From Halarcobacter sp. (GTDB taxonomy: Bacteria > Campylobacterota > Campylobacteria > Campylobacterales > Arcobacteraceae): a DNA stretch of 64,000 nucleotides. Positions 1 to 10,144 of this stretch are shown piece after piece. Every line of letters begins with the position of its first letter. The first letter of the stretch is position 1. The notes beneath the pieces are model-generated. The model saw nothing but the letters and a program-made list of their open reading frames with translations. It was not told the origin of the DNA and did no database searches. The translations under genes and the position numbers were made by a program. The stretch lies in assembly GCA_048571215.1 (NCBI GenBank), contig CP182352.1:1248001-1312000 (forward strand). Reading direction: 5' to 3'.

Positions 1-683
1 AGACCTGTTTGTTCAAGTATTTTTGAAAGAATCAATTCTCCCCAATCCCCTTGGGTTTTATTTTCCCCTTTTAAAGCTTTTGTCAGGTTTATAGCATCTT
101 GAGAAATTTGTTGGTTTAAAGATTTTAGATTTTTAATTTCAGTTAATAAAGAAACTCTTTGTTTTGTCTCTTCATTATAAATATCATCCACCCTTTTCCC
201 AAAATTTGAAAGTTGATCTTTAAAAGGTGTTAAAAGTTGTGTTAGATTATTTGTAGATTTTTTAGCATTTTCTTCAAATAGTTTATTTGCAAGGTTTTCA
301 AACTCCCCTTTTAATCTCTCTTTTGAGTTTTCAAGGAGTTCAATTTTTTCTTTTAAGTTTTCCTCTTTTATTGAAAATTCATTTTCTAATTGTTCTTGTT
401 TTGAAAGTGCCCTATTCTTTTCATATGATAAGCTATCTTCAAATCTTGATTCTAAGATATCAATTTTCTCTTTATAGTAATTCTCTTGATTTTCCAACTC
501 TTGTTGGGTTTTAGAGATTATTTCTTTGTAGTTTTCTATTATAGATTGGTAAGAGTTTGCACTAAGAGAAAACTTCTCTTCTAATAGTGCTATTTTTTGA
601 CGTAAAATAAGCCATAGGATTAATCCCCCTATTATTACGCCAATAATAAAAGCAATAATTGCTATTAACTCAGAATTAGGCAT
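1..683 (-). CDS. rmuC: DNA recombination protein RmuC (3' end runs off window)
   Basis: Not in ORF track. Manual translation from ATG at 683 gives MPNSELIAIIAFIIGVIIGGLILWLILRQK (N-terminal TM), a coiled coil, then NLTKALKGENKTQGDWGELILSKILEQTG, the RmuC signature. Confidence 0.9.
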   Translation of the reverse strand, partial: MPNSELIAIIAFIIGVIIGGLILWLILRQKIALLEEKFSLSANSYQSIIENYKEIISKTQQELENQENYYKEKIDILESRFEDSLSYEKNRALSKQEQLENEFSIKEENLKEKIELLENSKERLKGEFENLANKLFEENAKKSTNNLTQLLTPFKDQLSNFGKRVDDIYNEETKQRVSLLTEIKNLKSLNQQISQDAINLTKALKGENKTQGDWGELILSKILEQTG

Positions 684-1932
684 CTACTTCACTACTAAAT
701 ATACTATCTTTCATCGCTTCATCACTATTTGAATGTACATCATATCCAAGCTCTTTAAATCTTTCAACTAAAGGTGGATGTGAATAATAAAAGAAAATAT
801 AAACAGGATGTGATAATGGAAATGATTTATTCTCATTTGCAAGTTTTAATAAAGCATTTACCAAATCTTGTTTTGATTGCATATTTGAGCCAAACTCATC
901 TGCTGCATATTCATTGTGTCTTGAGATTAAAGAGATAAGTGGCATTAGGAAAAATGATAAAATAGGTGAAAATATCAAGAAAAATGTAATAATCGCATAT
1001 GGTTCATTGTTTAGATGTAAACCTAAAAATATCTCATCACTAAGGTTTCCAAATATTGCAAAAAATACAAACATAACAATACCCATGATACCTATGTTTT
1101 TTAAGATATCTCCATTTTTAAAGTGACCCAATTCGTGTCCAAGTACCGCAAGAAGTTCATTGTGAGTTAGTTTTTCGATTAGGGTATCAAATAAAACTAC
1201 CCTTTTTGTACTTCCCAGACCTCCAAAATAGGCATTTAGTCTATTGTCTCTTTTACTTGCATCAACAGAAAATACCCCAGAGCTTTTAAATCCAACTTGT
1301 GAAAGTAGATTGTTTATTTTCTCTTCTAACTCTTTATCTTTTAAAGGTTCAAATTTATCATACATCTTATCTCTAATAACTGGATAAAGCATATTTATCA
1401 ATATAATAACAGCAAAGATAAAGACAAATCCCCAAATCCACCAAGCATCAAAGCTTGTAATAATCCATGAAACTATACCAATAACAGCTGAACCAAAAAC
1501 TAAAAACAAGATTCCAGTTTTTATTGTATCTTTAATATAAAGCGCTGGTGTCATATTTGAAAACCCATACTTTTTATCAAGCTTAAAAGTTGAATAAAGT
1601 TCAAAAGGAAGCCCCAAAATCCAATTTATAACAATAAATGCATCAACATAAACTATGGCTTTTAACCAAGATGATTCTATAGTTATCAATGAATCTAAAC
1701 TTGATAAACCAAAAGCTATCCAGAAAAAGAAGATAACAAAGTTATAAAAATTACTAACAATTGCAATTTTTTCCTTTTCTACTGAGTAATTTGCAGCTTC
1801 AATATATTTTGATGTATCTAATATAATAGCTTGTAAACCTCTTGCTTTTTGTACATATCCTATTTGCATAAAAGAGGTATAAATACTAACAGCAAAATAG
1901 AGGCAATATCCTATAACAAAAATTTCTAACAA
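676..1932 (-). CDS. M48 family (Ste24/CAAX-type) zinc metalloprotease
   Basis: Multi-TM; NAYFGGLGSTKRVVLFDTL, HELGH zinc motif, EYAAD, HPPLVER. Confidence 0.92.
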   Translation of the reverse strand: MLEIFVIGYCLYFAVSIYTSFMQIGYVQKARGLQAIILDTSKYIEAANYSVEKEKIAIVSNFYNFVIFFFWIAFGLSSLDSLITIESSWLKAIVYVDAFIVINWILGLPFELYSTFKLDKKYGFSNMTPALYIKDTIKTGILFLVFGSAVIGIVSWIITSFDAWWIWGFVFIFAVIILINMLYPVIRDKMYDKFEPLKDKELEEKINNLLSQVGFKSSGVFSVDASKRDNRLNAYFGGLGSTKRVVLFDTLIEKLTHNELLAVLGHELGHFKNGDILKNIGIMGIVMFVFFAIFGNLSDEIFLGLHLNNEPYAIITFFLIFSPILSFFLMPLISLISRHNEYAADEFGSNMQSKQDLVNALLKLANENKSFPLSHPVYIFFYYSHPPLVERFKELGYDVHSNSDEAMKDSIFSSEVDA

Positions 1933-1933
1933 T

Positions 1934-2416
1934 TTATTTATCCTTTAAATTTTTTATAAATCTATTTAACTTAGATAAAACATCTTTTTTCGATGTTATA
2001 TATAAGATTTCGTAATTTTCACTAAAAGAGTCTTTAGTCCAGTTTAAACTCCCAAATAAAGCTGTTTTTTTATCAAAAATTGCTAACTTTGTATGGAGTT
2101 TAGCATCATCAATAATGTAGCAATTTATGCCATTTTTTTTAAGAAGCTTATATTCACTACTTTTATCTTTTATTTTTTTACTATCAAAAAAAACATTTAT
2201 TAATACACCATTTTCATGTGCTTTTATAAGAAGTTTTGCCAAACTTTTTTTTGAAAAATTGTACATGGCAACATCAATTTGAGTTTTTGATTCTTTTATT
2301 AAAAGCTCAATATCTTTTATAGCCTTTTTAGACTCATTTGGAAACAGATATATTTTATCATCACAATTAAGTGAAGATAATAATAGTAAGATTATAAATA
2401 GAAGTTTTAATTTCAT
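1934..2416 (-). CDS. Exported phospholipase D-family (Nuc-like) single-HKD protein
   Basis: HTKLAIFD...GSLNWT...NYE motif; N-terminal hydrophobic signal; start probably MKLK at 2416 rather than 2431. Confidence 0.8.
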   Translation of the reverse strand: MKLKLLFIILLLLSSLNCDDKIYLFPNESKKAIKDIELLIKESKTQIDVAMYNFSKKSLAKLLIKAHENGVLINVFFDSKKIKDKSSEYKLLKKNGINCYIIDDAKLHTKLAIFDKKTALFGSLNWTKDSFSENYEILYITSKKDVLSKLNRFIKNLKDK

Positions 2417-2417
2417 T

Positions 2418-2786
2418 TTAATCTTCACCAAATAGTTGTATCAACTCTTGTGGAATTCTTGTAGGTTTCATATTTTTTAAATAAACAACTAAAATATTTG
2501 CTTTGAAGATAAGCTCTTCATCTCTTTTTATCTCTTGTTCAATTAAAAGAGAAGTATTTTTTCTTTTTATAAGTTTAGCACTAACTTCTAATTCATCCCC
2601 AAAAACAGCAGGTTTGATATAATCAGCTTCAACTTTTTTTACAACAAAAAATTCATCTTTATTGTGTGGACTTAAACCCTTTTGAAAAAAAAGCTCAGAT
2701 CTTGCTCTTTCACAATAGTTTAAATAAATAGAGTGGTAAACAACCCCACCACAATCTGTATCTTCATAATACACGCGAATCTTCAT
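2418..2786 (-). CDS. ybgC: YbgC/FadM-family acyl-CoA thioesterase
   Basis: RVYYEDTDCGGVVYHSIYLNYCERAR signature. Confidence 0.9.
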   Translation of the reverse strand: MKIRVYYEDTDCGGVVYHSIYLNYCERARSELFFQKGLSPHNKDEFFVVKKVEADYIKPAVFGDELEVSAKLIKRKNTSLLIEQEIKRDEELIFKANILVVYLKNMKPTRIPQELIQLFGED

Positions 2787-2960
2787 CTCTATAAGTCCCT
2801 TTACATCAAATGTTGAATTATATCAGGATTTATATTTTAGTTTTATTTCATGTTCATGTAGTTATTATTTGCTATTTATTCTTAAAATATATGAAACATG
2901 GATTTATAAAGATACTGATATAATTACAATGATTATGTATATTTTCTATTTAGGTACTGA

Positions 2961-3962
2961 ATGAAACTTAACACACTTAACAAATTTTTTAAATATTCAG
3001 GAATATATTTATATTTATTTATCTTGATAGTTATTCTTTTAATTGTAAATAAAATTACGTCTGAAGATGAACTATATAATAAAATTCTTAATTCAAGCTC
3101 TTATGTACAAAGCTCCTCTTATAACAAAAATAGTTTAATTTACATAACTGATACAATTAAAGTTAAAGGAAATATTACAGATGAAGATAATATTTATAAT
3201 CTTAATGATGCTGTACTATTAAGAAAAAAAGTAGAAATGTATTCTTGGGTTAGAAAGTTTATAAACAAGCATACAAGATATGAAAAAAATTGGGAAACTC
3301 AATTTAGTGAAAAACCATCTTTATTAACTGACAATTATAATAATCCCTGGCCAAGAAAAAAACTTGGAGTTTTTTATTATTACCCAGATTCTATTTATTT
3401 AAGCAATATTAAAATACCTACAATTAAATTTAAAGCTGATAAATATATAAATGTTCAACTTAAAAATTCTCAATTAAATAAGAACGATGGTTTGTATTAT
3501 TTGTACTTTGGAAAATCCAATTTAAATACCCCTCAAGTAGGAGATATAAGAATACGATATGAATTATATAAAGCAAATCAAAAAACCACTATTTTTTTTA
3601 CTTATTCTGATGATAATATAAATTTTCAAGATGAAATTGTAAAATCAATCTATAATAAAAACCTATTTCTGACATTCTTCAAAGGAGATAAAAAAGATGT
3701 TCTCAATTCATTTTTAGATAATGAATTAAAATGGAAATCTTTGTTACAACTATTGTTAAGTTATTCTCTATTTATTCCAGTTTTTAAGATGCTAATAGTT
3801 ATATTTAATATGAATTTGAAAAAAGAAATATCATCTACATTACTAAAAAACCTCATAGTTTTTTTAATTATAATTCCAAGCTCTATATTAGTTACTTATT
3901 TAATTGTAAAAATTATAAGCATTTTACTTATTAATATATACCTAAAAAAGATACTGTTATAA
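2961..3962 (+). CDS. TMEM43/DUF1625-like membrane protein
   Basis: LRKKVEMYSW and PQVGDIRIRY match recalled TMEM43 motifs (L.R.VEMYQW; P.vGD.Rv.f); N-terminal TM and C-terminal TMs. Confidence 0.65.
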   Translation: MKLNTLNKFFKYSGIYLYLFILIVILLIVNKITSEDELYNKILNSSSYVQSSSYNKNSLIYITDTIKVKGNITDEDNIYNLNDAVLLRKKVEMYSWVRKFINKHTRYEKNWETQFSEKPSLLTDNYNNPWPRKKLGVFYYYPDSIYLSNIKIPTIKFKADKYINVQLKNSQLNKNDGLYYLYFGKSNLNTPQVGDIRIRYELYKANQKTTIFFTYSDDNINFQDEIVKSIYNKNLFLTFFKGDKKDVLNSFLDNELKWKSLLQLLLSYSLFIPVFKMLIVIFNMNLKKEISSTLLKNLIVFLIIIPSSILVTYLIVKIISILLINIYLKKILL

Positions 3963-3995
3963 TTCCTTATATTATAAATATCGAAAAGTTTAAAA

Positions 3996-4475
3996 ATGTC
4001 AAACTATCAAAACTATACACTTACTTATATTGGTTTAAGTCGTGTTTTATATGTCATATACTATTTTTTAATCATGTGTTCTGTTGGAGGAGTTTTTGTA
4101 CTTTTAATGGAAAACTGGTTTGCAAAAATTTTAGGATTTTTAATTACATTATTTTTGTTATTAACTGTACTTAATGCTATTTTCTTTAAATCCATAGAAA
4201 TTCATGAAAAAAGAGTTATTTTTAACTGGTATTTTTTTAACAGTGAAATTATTGATAATGAAGATTTATTTGTAATGTTAAAACAAGGCATGGGATGGGG
4301 AGGCTTATTTGCAATTAAAAATAAACAAAAACCTATTATGAGTTGGTTATTTATGAATATATCAATATTTCCATTGGACTATGAAAACTTAGATGATATT
4401 AGAAAAATGTTTATTGACAAAAACTTAGATGTTGGGAAAATCGATGATTGTTGGCCATATAAAATCTTTGCCTAA
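3996..4475 (+). CDS. Hypothetical membrane protein
   Basis: 159-aa ORF with two N-terminal TM helices; co-oriented with the TMEM43-like gene. Confidence 0.6.
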   Translation: MSNYQNYTLTYIGLSRVLYVIYYFLIMCSVGGVFVLLMENWFAKILGFLITLFLLLTVLNAIFFKSIEIHEKRVIFNWYFFNSEIIDNEDLFVMLKQGMGWGGLFAIKNKQKPIMSWLFMNISIFPLDYENLDDIRKMFIDKNLDVGKIDDCWPYKIFA

Positions 4476-4488
4476 AATCGTGCCCAAA

Positions 4489-4511
4489 TAATTTACAATA
4501 TTTGTAAATTA
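4489..4511. terminator. Perfect inverted repeat downstream of the two-gene insert
   Basis: TAATTTACAA-TAT-TTGTAAATTA, 14 nt after the stop at 4475. Confidence 0.45.
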
Positions 4512-4560
4512 CTTAATTAGCTGGAATAACAAATTACCAAAAAACAACTTTTACGGAAAA

Positions 4561-4602
4561 TTATAGTATAAATCTATTCTCATAATATACTCTTACTTTC
4601 AA
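4561..4602 (-). pseudogene. Orphan 5' fragment of ybgC (MKVRVYYE-NRFIL*)
   Basis: Minus strand reads AAGGATAAGAAA TTG AAA GTA AGA GTA TAT TAT GAG, matching the first 8 residues of YbgC (MKIRVYYE) at 2786; TATAAT lies upstream. Confidence 0.7.
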
Positions 4603-4673
4603 TTTCTTATCCTTGTTATTTAAAAAGATATTATATCTAATCAAACAAGTTTAAAAATAAAATTTATAAATAG

Positions 4674-5693
4674 TTATTTTACTTGATTCTCTTCTTCAAA
4701 ATCCTCTTTTGATAAGACTACTTTGTTTCTACCCTCTTTTTTTGCCTCATAAAGAGCTAAATCTGCTCTGTGTAATATTGCTTCAAGGTTTGAATCATCA
4801 GCACGCAACATTGTAACACCAATACTTACTGTAAATTTTACTATCTCTTTATTGTTTGCTTCAACTTGAAGGTTTTCAATCTCTTCTCTTATATTTTCAG
4901 CAGCTTTCAATGCACCTCTTTGGGAAGTATTTGGTAATACTGCTGCAAATTCTTCTCCACCAAGTCTTCCGAAAATATCTGATTTTCTTAAGGTATTTGA
5001 ACATTTATGTGCCATTGCTTTTATAACTTCATCACCAGTGGCATGTCCATAGATATCATTTATTAGTTTAAACCTATCAATATCAATCATAAGGATTGCA
5101 AGTTTTTTATTTTCTCTTCTTGCATATCTTATCATTGGTGAAGATGATTCATAAAAACTTCTTCTATTGTTTACCCCTGTAAGGGAGTCTGTTGTTGCTA
5201 AAATTTCTAGTTTTACATTTATATTATTTAGTTCTTTAGTTCTTTTTTCTACTGCACTTTCTAAAACTTTTTGATACTCTTCTAATCTTCTATCTTGTGC
5301 ATTTATTTTTATAGCTTCTAATATAATCAACTCAAAATCCACTCTATCAAATCTTCTTGGAATAATTTGATATATTGAAGCATTGTTTATAATTTGTGCT
5401 AATGATTCTATTGTTAGATTATCTTCAAATAAAATATTTTTTGTGTTTGGAGAGTTTTTATATAGTTCTATAATAAATTTTTCATTAGACATTTTTGTAT
5501 TATTATTACCTAATATAGTTATTAGCACTTCATTTCCAGAGATAATATAATTATAGCAACCTATTAAAGCTTGTTCTACATTAACATAACTTTCAACTAT
5601 ATAATCTGCATCAACAATTCTAGAAATTTTATTGTATAATGAATCTAGAATCTCTATATCATTATCAATGCATGCTATAATAAATTTGCCCAT
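4674..5693 (-). CDS. Diguanylate cyclase with degenerate receiver-like N-terminus
   Basis: TDSLTGVNNRR, DIDRFK, RKSD I-site, GGEEF active site. Confidence 0.9.
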   Translation of the reverse strand: MGKFIIACIDNDIEILDSLYNKISRIVDADYIVESYVNVEQALIGCYNYIISGNEVLITILGNNNTKMSNEKFIIELYKNSPNTKNILFEDNLTIESLAQIINNASIYQIIPRRFDRVDFELIILEAIKINAQDRRLEEYQKVLESAVEKRTKELNNINVKLEILATTDSLTGVNNRRSFYESSSPMIRYARRENKKLAILMIDIDRFKLINDIYGHATGDEVIKAMAHKCSNTLRKSDIFGRLGGEEFAAVLPNTSQRGALKAAENIREEIENLQVEANNKEIVKFTVSIGVTMLRADDSNLEAILHRADLALYEAKKEGRNKVVLSKEDFEEENQVK

Positions 5694-5911
5694 ATATAAA
5701 ACTCCATACTAATATTAGTTTAAAAAAAACATAATTTTATCTAAAACAAATATAAATCTAAGTTATAAATATATATCAAGAAATAGTATAAAAATTATTT
5801 AAATTAGAAAAATATTATAATATTTAAAATTAAGCTATATATCAATAAACTTTGAATTTATTAGTAAGTTATATATGTAATAAAGAATTTGTAAATTTCT
5901 ATATAAAAGTA

Positions 5912-6112
5912 TTAGTATTTTTTTAGTTTCTCAATTAGTTCTGGCATTTTTTCAGCTATTTGAGTATATTTATATTCAAAACTTTCTATAACTATATCAT
6001 ACAACTTATGATTTTTATATTTTTCATGCCATTTTTCCTCTTTATTTTCATAAAAATTAAAATATTCAAATCTTAACTTGTAAGCTTCTTTTATTAATTG
6101 TTTGCTATTCAA
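5912..6112 (-). CDS. Small hypothetical protein
   Basis: 66-aa ORF, TTG start preceded by AAAAGG. Confidence 0.5.
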   Translation of the reverse strand: MNSKQLIKEAYKLRFEYFNFYENKEEKWHEKYKNHKLYDIVIESFEYKYTQIAEKMPELIEKLKKY

Positions 6113-6330
6113 AAAAAACCTTTTTTGCTTGTAGTTATATCAATTTTAGTATTAAAAGCTAGTTATTATTTTGAATAATTACTTTAATAATCTTATAAAG
6201 TTCTAATATTTGTCATGTTAAAGCAGCAAATATTTGCAATAGTAAAAAGTTTTAGAATAGATTTTAAAATAGATAAAATTAGAAAGAGAGGAGCAGTTTT
6301 AGAATCAATCTAATAAGCTCCTTGATCAAA

Positions 6331-8880
6331 TTAGTTTTTACAATTAATCTCTCTTATTTCATCAAGTTTATTAAAAACTATATTTATATTTTTTTCTATA
6401 TTTTCTGTAGTATTTAATACTTCTTGATTTTTTGCATTTTTAGAGTAAAGGTCAATTGTATCTTGAACCAATTCATGTACATTTTTATGAGCCGCTTTTA
6501 ACTCTTGCCACTCTTTTGATTTTGCAAAAGCTTTATCTTCATGGGAATCAATCCATTTACCTAGATTACATTCATGATGAGTATCTACAGTTGTACTAAA
6601 TCCCTCTTTACATTGTATAAAGTTTGTATTTTTAAAATTAATATGATCTGATTTAAGTTTATTAACATCTATAATCATATTTGTATCACAAACTCTTTTT
6701 TGTGCACTTTTATCATATGTTGTTTGCTCTAAAATATTTTGCAGTTGTATAGCTAAATTTGAAGTATCTGATGCCATTTCACTAATATTTGAAGCTAATA
6801 TTGCATTTTGTTGGGTAGCTTGGTCCAAACTATTTACTGTATCAGAGATTTGAGTCATTGCACTCTCTTGCTCTTTTGATGCCTTTGTAACATCTTGTAT
6901 TAACTCTATTGTCATATCGATATTTTTATTTAAATCATCATATCCATCAATCATCTTAGTAGATACATCTTTACCCTCAGTAGCTTTACTTGTAGCACTT
7001 TCAACTAATGACTTAATCTCATTTGCTGCTTCTGCACTTCTATTTGCAAGGTTTCTAACCTCTTGTGCAACTACTGCAAACCCTTTACCAGCTTCTCCTG
7101 CTGTTGCTGCTTCAACTGCTGCATTTAGTGAAAGAATATTTGTTTGAAATGCAATTTGGTCAATTACTGTAATTGCTTCTGATATAGCTGAAACCTCTTG
7201 GCTAAGTTTATCCATTGATTGAGAAGTTTTAGAAGCTAATTCTTTTCCTAACTCATTTGATTTTGTAAGATTTTGTGCATATTGAGACATTTTAGTTGCT
7301 GTTTCGCTACTTTGTATAATAGTTGCAGATATCTCCTCTATAGCAGCAGCAGTCTCTTCTAATGATGCAGCTTGTGTAGTTGAAGAGTTGTTTAACTCTT
7401 TTGAAGCATCTGAAAGCTCTTTTGCACTTTGTGTTAATTCTTTGTTTGAGTTATCCATTAGACAAATTATCTCATTTATTGATGATTTTGTTACATTTAC
7501 ACCTGAGAATAATGAAGCAATCATTCCACCTAAACCATCAATTACAGGAATCTCTTTGTCGTATTTAGCATTTGACATTGCAATTAATACTTCACTTAAT
7601 TTATTTAGGTTTGATTGTAATCTGTCTAACATATTGTTTATTTCATCAACTAAAAGATTTACTTGTTCTGAATTAGCTTTACTTTTTATTCTATCATTTA
7701 ATAAACCTTGATTAACTCTTTCAATAACTTTTCTTGTTTCATTAATAACAGCTGTATCTTGTTTTAGTCCTTCATCTATTGAATCTAAGTATTTATTAAA
7801 GCTTTGTACAACATCTCCTATCTCATCATTTGAATAAACTTCTATTCTTGTTGTTTCTGCCGATTTATCATCTCTTATATTATCAATAGATTTTTTTAGA
7901 TTAAATATTGGTTTTAAAATTGTATTTTTTAGATTAAATAGTGTTATAGCCATACTTAAAATTAGTGCTATAATTAAAATAATCAATGCAATCCAAATAA
8001 TATATGTACTATGTTCCAAGGAATCATTAACAGCAGAGATAGGTCTAGCGGTTAAAGCTATACCAAGTTTTTTATCATTGAAATCTTTTATATCTACATA
8101 TGTATAAAAATAGTGATTTGTAATAAGATGTTTATTTTTTAACAATTTTTTAAAATCTATTGTTTTAGCATCTTCTAAAAACTTTTTATTGATAAATTTT
8201 TGAGAAATTACATAGTTTTTTAACATCTGTTTTTTATCAAATTGTTTTACTAAATTTGCACTATCCATTAAAAGAAGAAAGCCATCATTAATTTTATCAA
8301 ATGATTTTGCAACAGAGTTAATACCCTGCATAAACTCTAAAGAACCTATATGCTTGTTATTTGAATCAAAAATTGGAACAACAGATCTTATACTTAAACC
8401 TGCTTTACCAACTTCAAAAGTATTAACAGCTTCTTTTGTACTATTCACCTTTACAACACTTGCTCTAAATGAACTTAAATCGTCTCCATTTTTTTCAGGT
8501 TTCCATGATCTTAAAAAAGAATGGGAATCTTTTGTATGAATATGTACCTTGATATTTTTAAAAGGGGTAAATTTTTTCATATTTTCAGATAATGTTGCAA
8601 GTGCTTTAATAGCAAGTTCTCTGTTATTGGTAGATAAAGCTTCTTTTATCATATTATCATTTGCAATTGAGATTGCATTTGATATTCCCACATCAAGTTT
8701 CCCTTGAATTTTTATTTTACTGAAGTGATTAAGTTCAGTCTGCAAATCTGTTAATAGTTCTTCTTTTAAATTATTTTTTTGAATATTTAAAACAAAATAA
8801 CCAATAATTAACATTACTATTGTTACTACAACTGTAATTAGTGTAAATTTTTTTGCAATACCAAGATTTTTCATAAACAC
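6331..8880 (-). CDS. Methyl-accepting chemotaxis protein (Cache sensor, HAMP, MCP signal, C-terminal CZB domain)
   Basis: IAFQTNILSLNAAVEAATAGEAGKGFAVVAQEVRNLA; C-terminal H...HHECNLGKW...H..VH zinc-binding CZB motif. Confidence 0.93.
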   Translation of the reverse strand: MFMKNLGIAKKFTLITVVVTIVMLIIGYFVLNIQKNNLKEELLTDLQTELNHFSKIKIQGKLDVGISNAISIANDNMIKEALSTNNRELAIKALATLSENMKKFTPFKNIKVHIHTKDSHSFLRSWKPEKNGDDLSSFRASVVKVNSTKEAVNTFEVGKAGLSIRSVVPIFDSNNKHIGSLEFMQGINSVAKSFDKINDGFLLLMDSANLVKQFDKKQMLKNYVISQKFINKKFLEDAKTIDFKKLLKNKHLITNHYFYTYVDIKDFNDKKLGIALTARPISAVNDSLEHSTYIIWIALIILIIALILSMAITLFNLKNTILKPIFNLKKSIDNIRDDKSAETTRIEVYSNDEIGDVVQSFNKYLDSIDEGLKQDTAVINETRKVIERVNQGLLNDRIKSKANSEQVNLLVDEINNMLDRLQSNLNKLSEVLIAMSNAKYDKEIPVIDGLGGMIASLFSGVNVTKSSINEIICLMDNSNKELTQSAKELSDASKELNNSSTTQAASLEETAAAIEEISATIIQSSETATKMSQYAQNLTKSNELGKELASKTSQSMDKLSQEVSAISEAITVIDQIAFQTNILSLNAAVEAATAGEAGKGFAVVAQEVRNLANRSAEAANEIKSLVESATSKATEGKDVSTKMIDGYDDLNKNIDMTIELIQDVTKASKEQESAMTQISDTVNSLDQATQQNAILASNISEMASDTSNLAIQLQNILEQTTYDKSAQKRVCDTNMIIDVNKLKSDHINFKNTNFIQCKEGFSTTVDTHHECNLGKWIDSHEDKAFAKSKEWQELKAAHKNVHELVQDTIDLYSKNAKNQEVLNTTENIEKNINIVFNKLDEIREINCKN

Positions 8881-9057
8881 TCCTATGTTATCTCATATAT
8901 ATCATCCAATAATATTATAGCTAAATAATATTAATCAAATAAGAAAAAGTTATCTAATAATCTTATTATAAAAATAAATAATTATTATAAATAACATATT
9001 ATGATTATTTATATCTAAAATGGTATGAAAATAATTTTTTATAGGATATGAGATACC

Positions 9058-10077
9058 CTATCCCATTGGATAAAGTATCTCTTTTTGTATTTTCTCAATT
9101 TCTGATAAAAGTTCATCATCTATTTTAAAATCAAATGCTGCTAGTGATTCATCTAGTTGAGATAGTTTTCTTGCTCCAATTATAGTAGAAGCAACAAAAT
9201 CAAAGTGTTTTGAATATGCTACAGCTAAAGTTACAGGAGATATTCCATACTCTTTTGCAAGTTCCATATATTTTGCTGTGGCTTCTTTAGTTTTTTCATT
9301 TACAAACCTATATGCTTGAGCTTGTACTCTTGGACTTTTATGTTTTGCATATGCTGTAAATCTACAACCTTCAGGATATAAGCCACTATTGTATTTCCCA
9401 GATAATACACCACCAGCAATTGGTGAGTAAGGTAGTAAAGAGATATTCTCTTCTTTACAAACTTTTGCTAATTCATCATGAAATCTTGGATTTAGCAATG
9501 AAAAGTTGTTTTGAATAGATTCAAATCTATTTAGATTTTTATGTTTTGAAATCTCATTTGCTTTCGTAAGACCATATGCACTATCATTTGATGTTCCTAT
9601 ATATCTAACTTTTCCTTCCTTTACCAACTCATCAAAAGCTTTTAAGCTCTCCTCTACTGGTACAATAGTATCTGGCCAATGCATTTGATACAAATCAATA
9701 TATTCTGTTTGAAGTTTTTTCAAACTTCCCTCAATAGCTCTTTTAATATGAAAAGAGTCAATTGCAGTAAGACCATGTCTTACAGGGGGAACAAACCAGC
9801 CTGAGGCTGCACCTGCTACTTTTGTTGCTAAAATTATTGAGTCTCGAGGTTTTGTTTTTAACCATTCACCTACTATATCTTCTGTTATTCCTATTGTTTG
9901 GGCTTTTGGAGGTACAGGATAAATCTCTGCTGTATCAAAAAAGTTTATACCCTCGTCATAAGCTTTATCCATAATTTTAAAGGCTTCTTCTTTTGTAGTT
10001 GTACTACCAAAAGTCATAGTTCCTAAACAAATTGATGTAACTCTAAGTCCGCTTTTACCTATATATCTATATTCCAT
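9058..10077 (-). CDS. Aldo/keto reductase (Tas-like)
   Basis: LGTMTFG, FFDTAEIYPVPP, IDLYQMHWPD, LLPYSPIAGGVLSGKY. Confidence 0.92.
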   Translation of the reverse strand: MEYRYIGKSGLRVTSICLGTMTFGSTTTKEEAFKIMDKAYDEGINFFDTAEIYPVPPKAQTIGITEDIVGEWLKTKPRDSIILATKVAGAASGWFVPPVRHGLTAIDSFHIKRAIEGSLKKLQTEYIDLYQMHWPDTIVPVEESLKAFDELVKEGKVRYIGTSNDSAYGLTKANEISKHKNLNRFESIQNNFSLLNPRFHDELAKVCKEENISLLPYSPIAGGVLSGKYNSGLYPEGCRFTAYAKHKSPRVQAQAYRFVNEKTKEATAKYMELAKEYGISPVTLAVAYSKHFDFVASTIIGARKLSQLDESLAAFDFKIDDELLSEIEKIQKEILYPMG

Positions 10078-10144
10078 TTTATCTCTCCATCAAAAAGTGT
10101 TTAATTTTACTATAAAATTATTAAGGAAAAATAATCTAAATAGT

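Noticed and set aside
287..514. 75-aa plus-strand ORF
   Set aside because: Antisense shadow of rmuC, which has a clear family motif on the minus strand.
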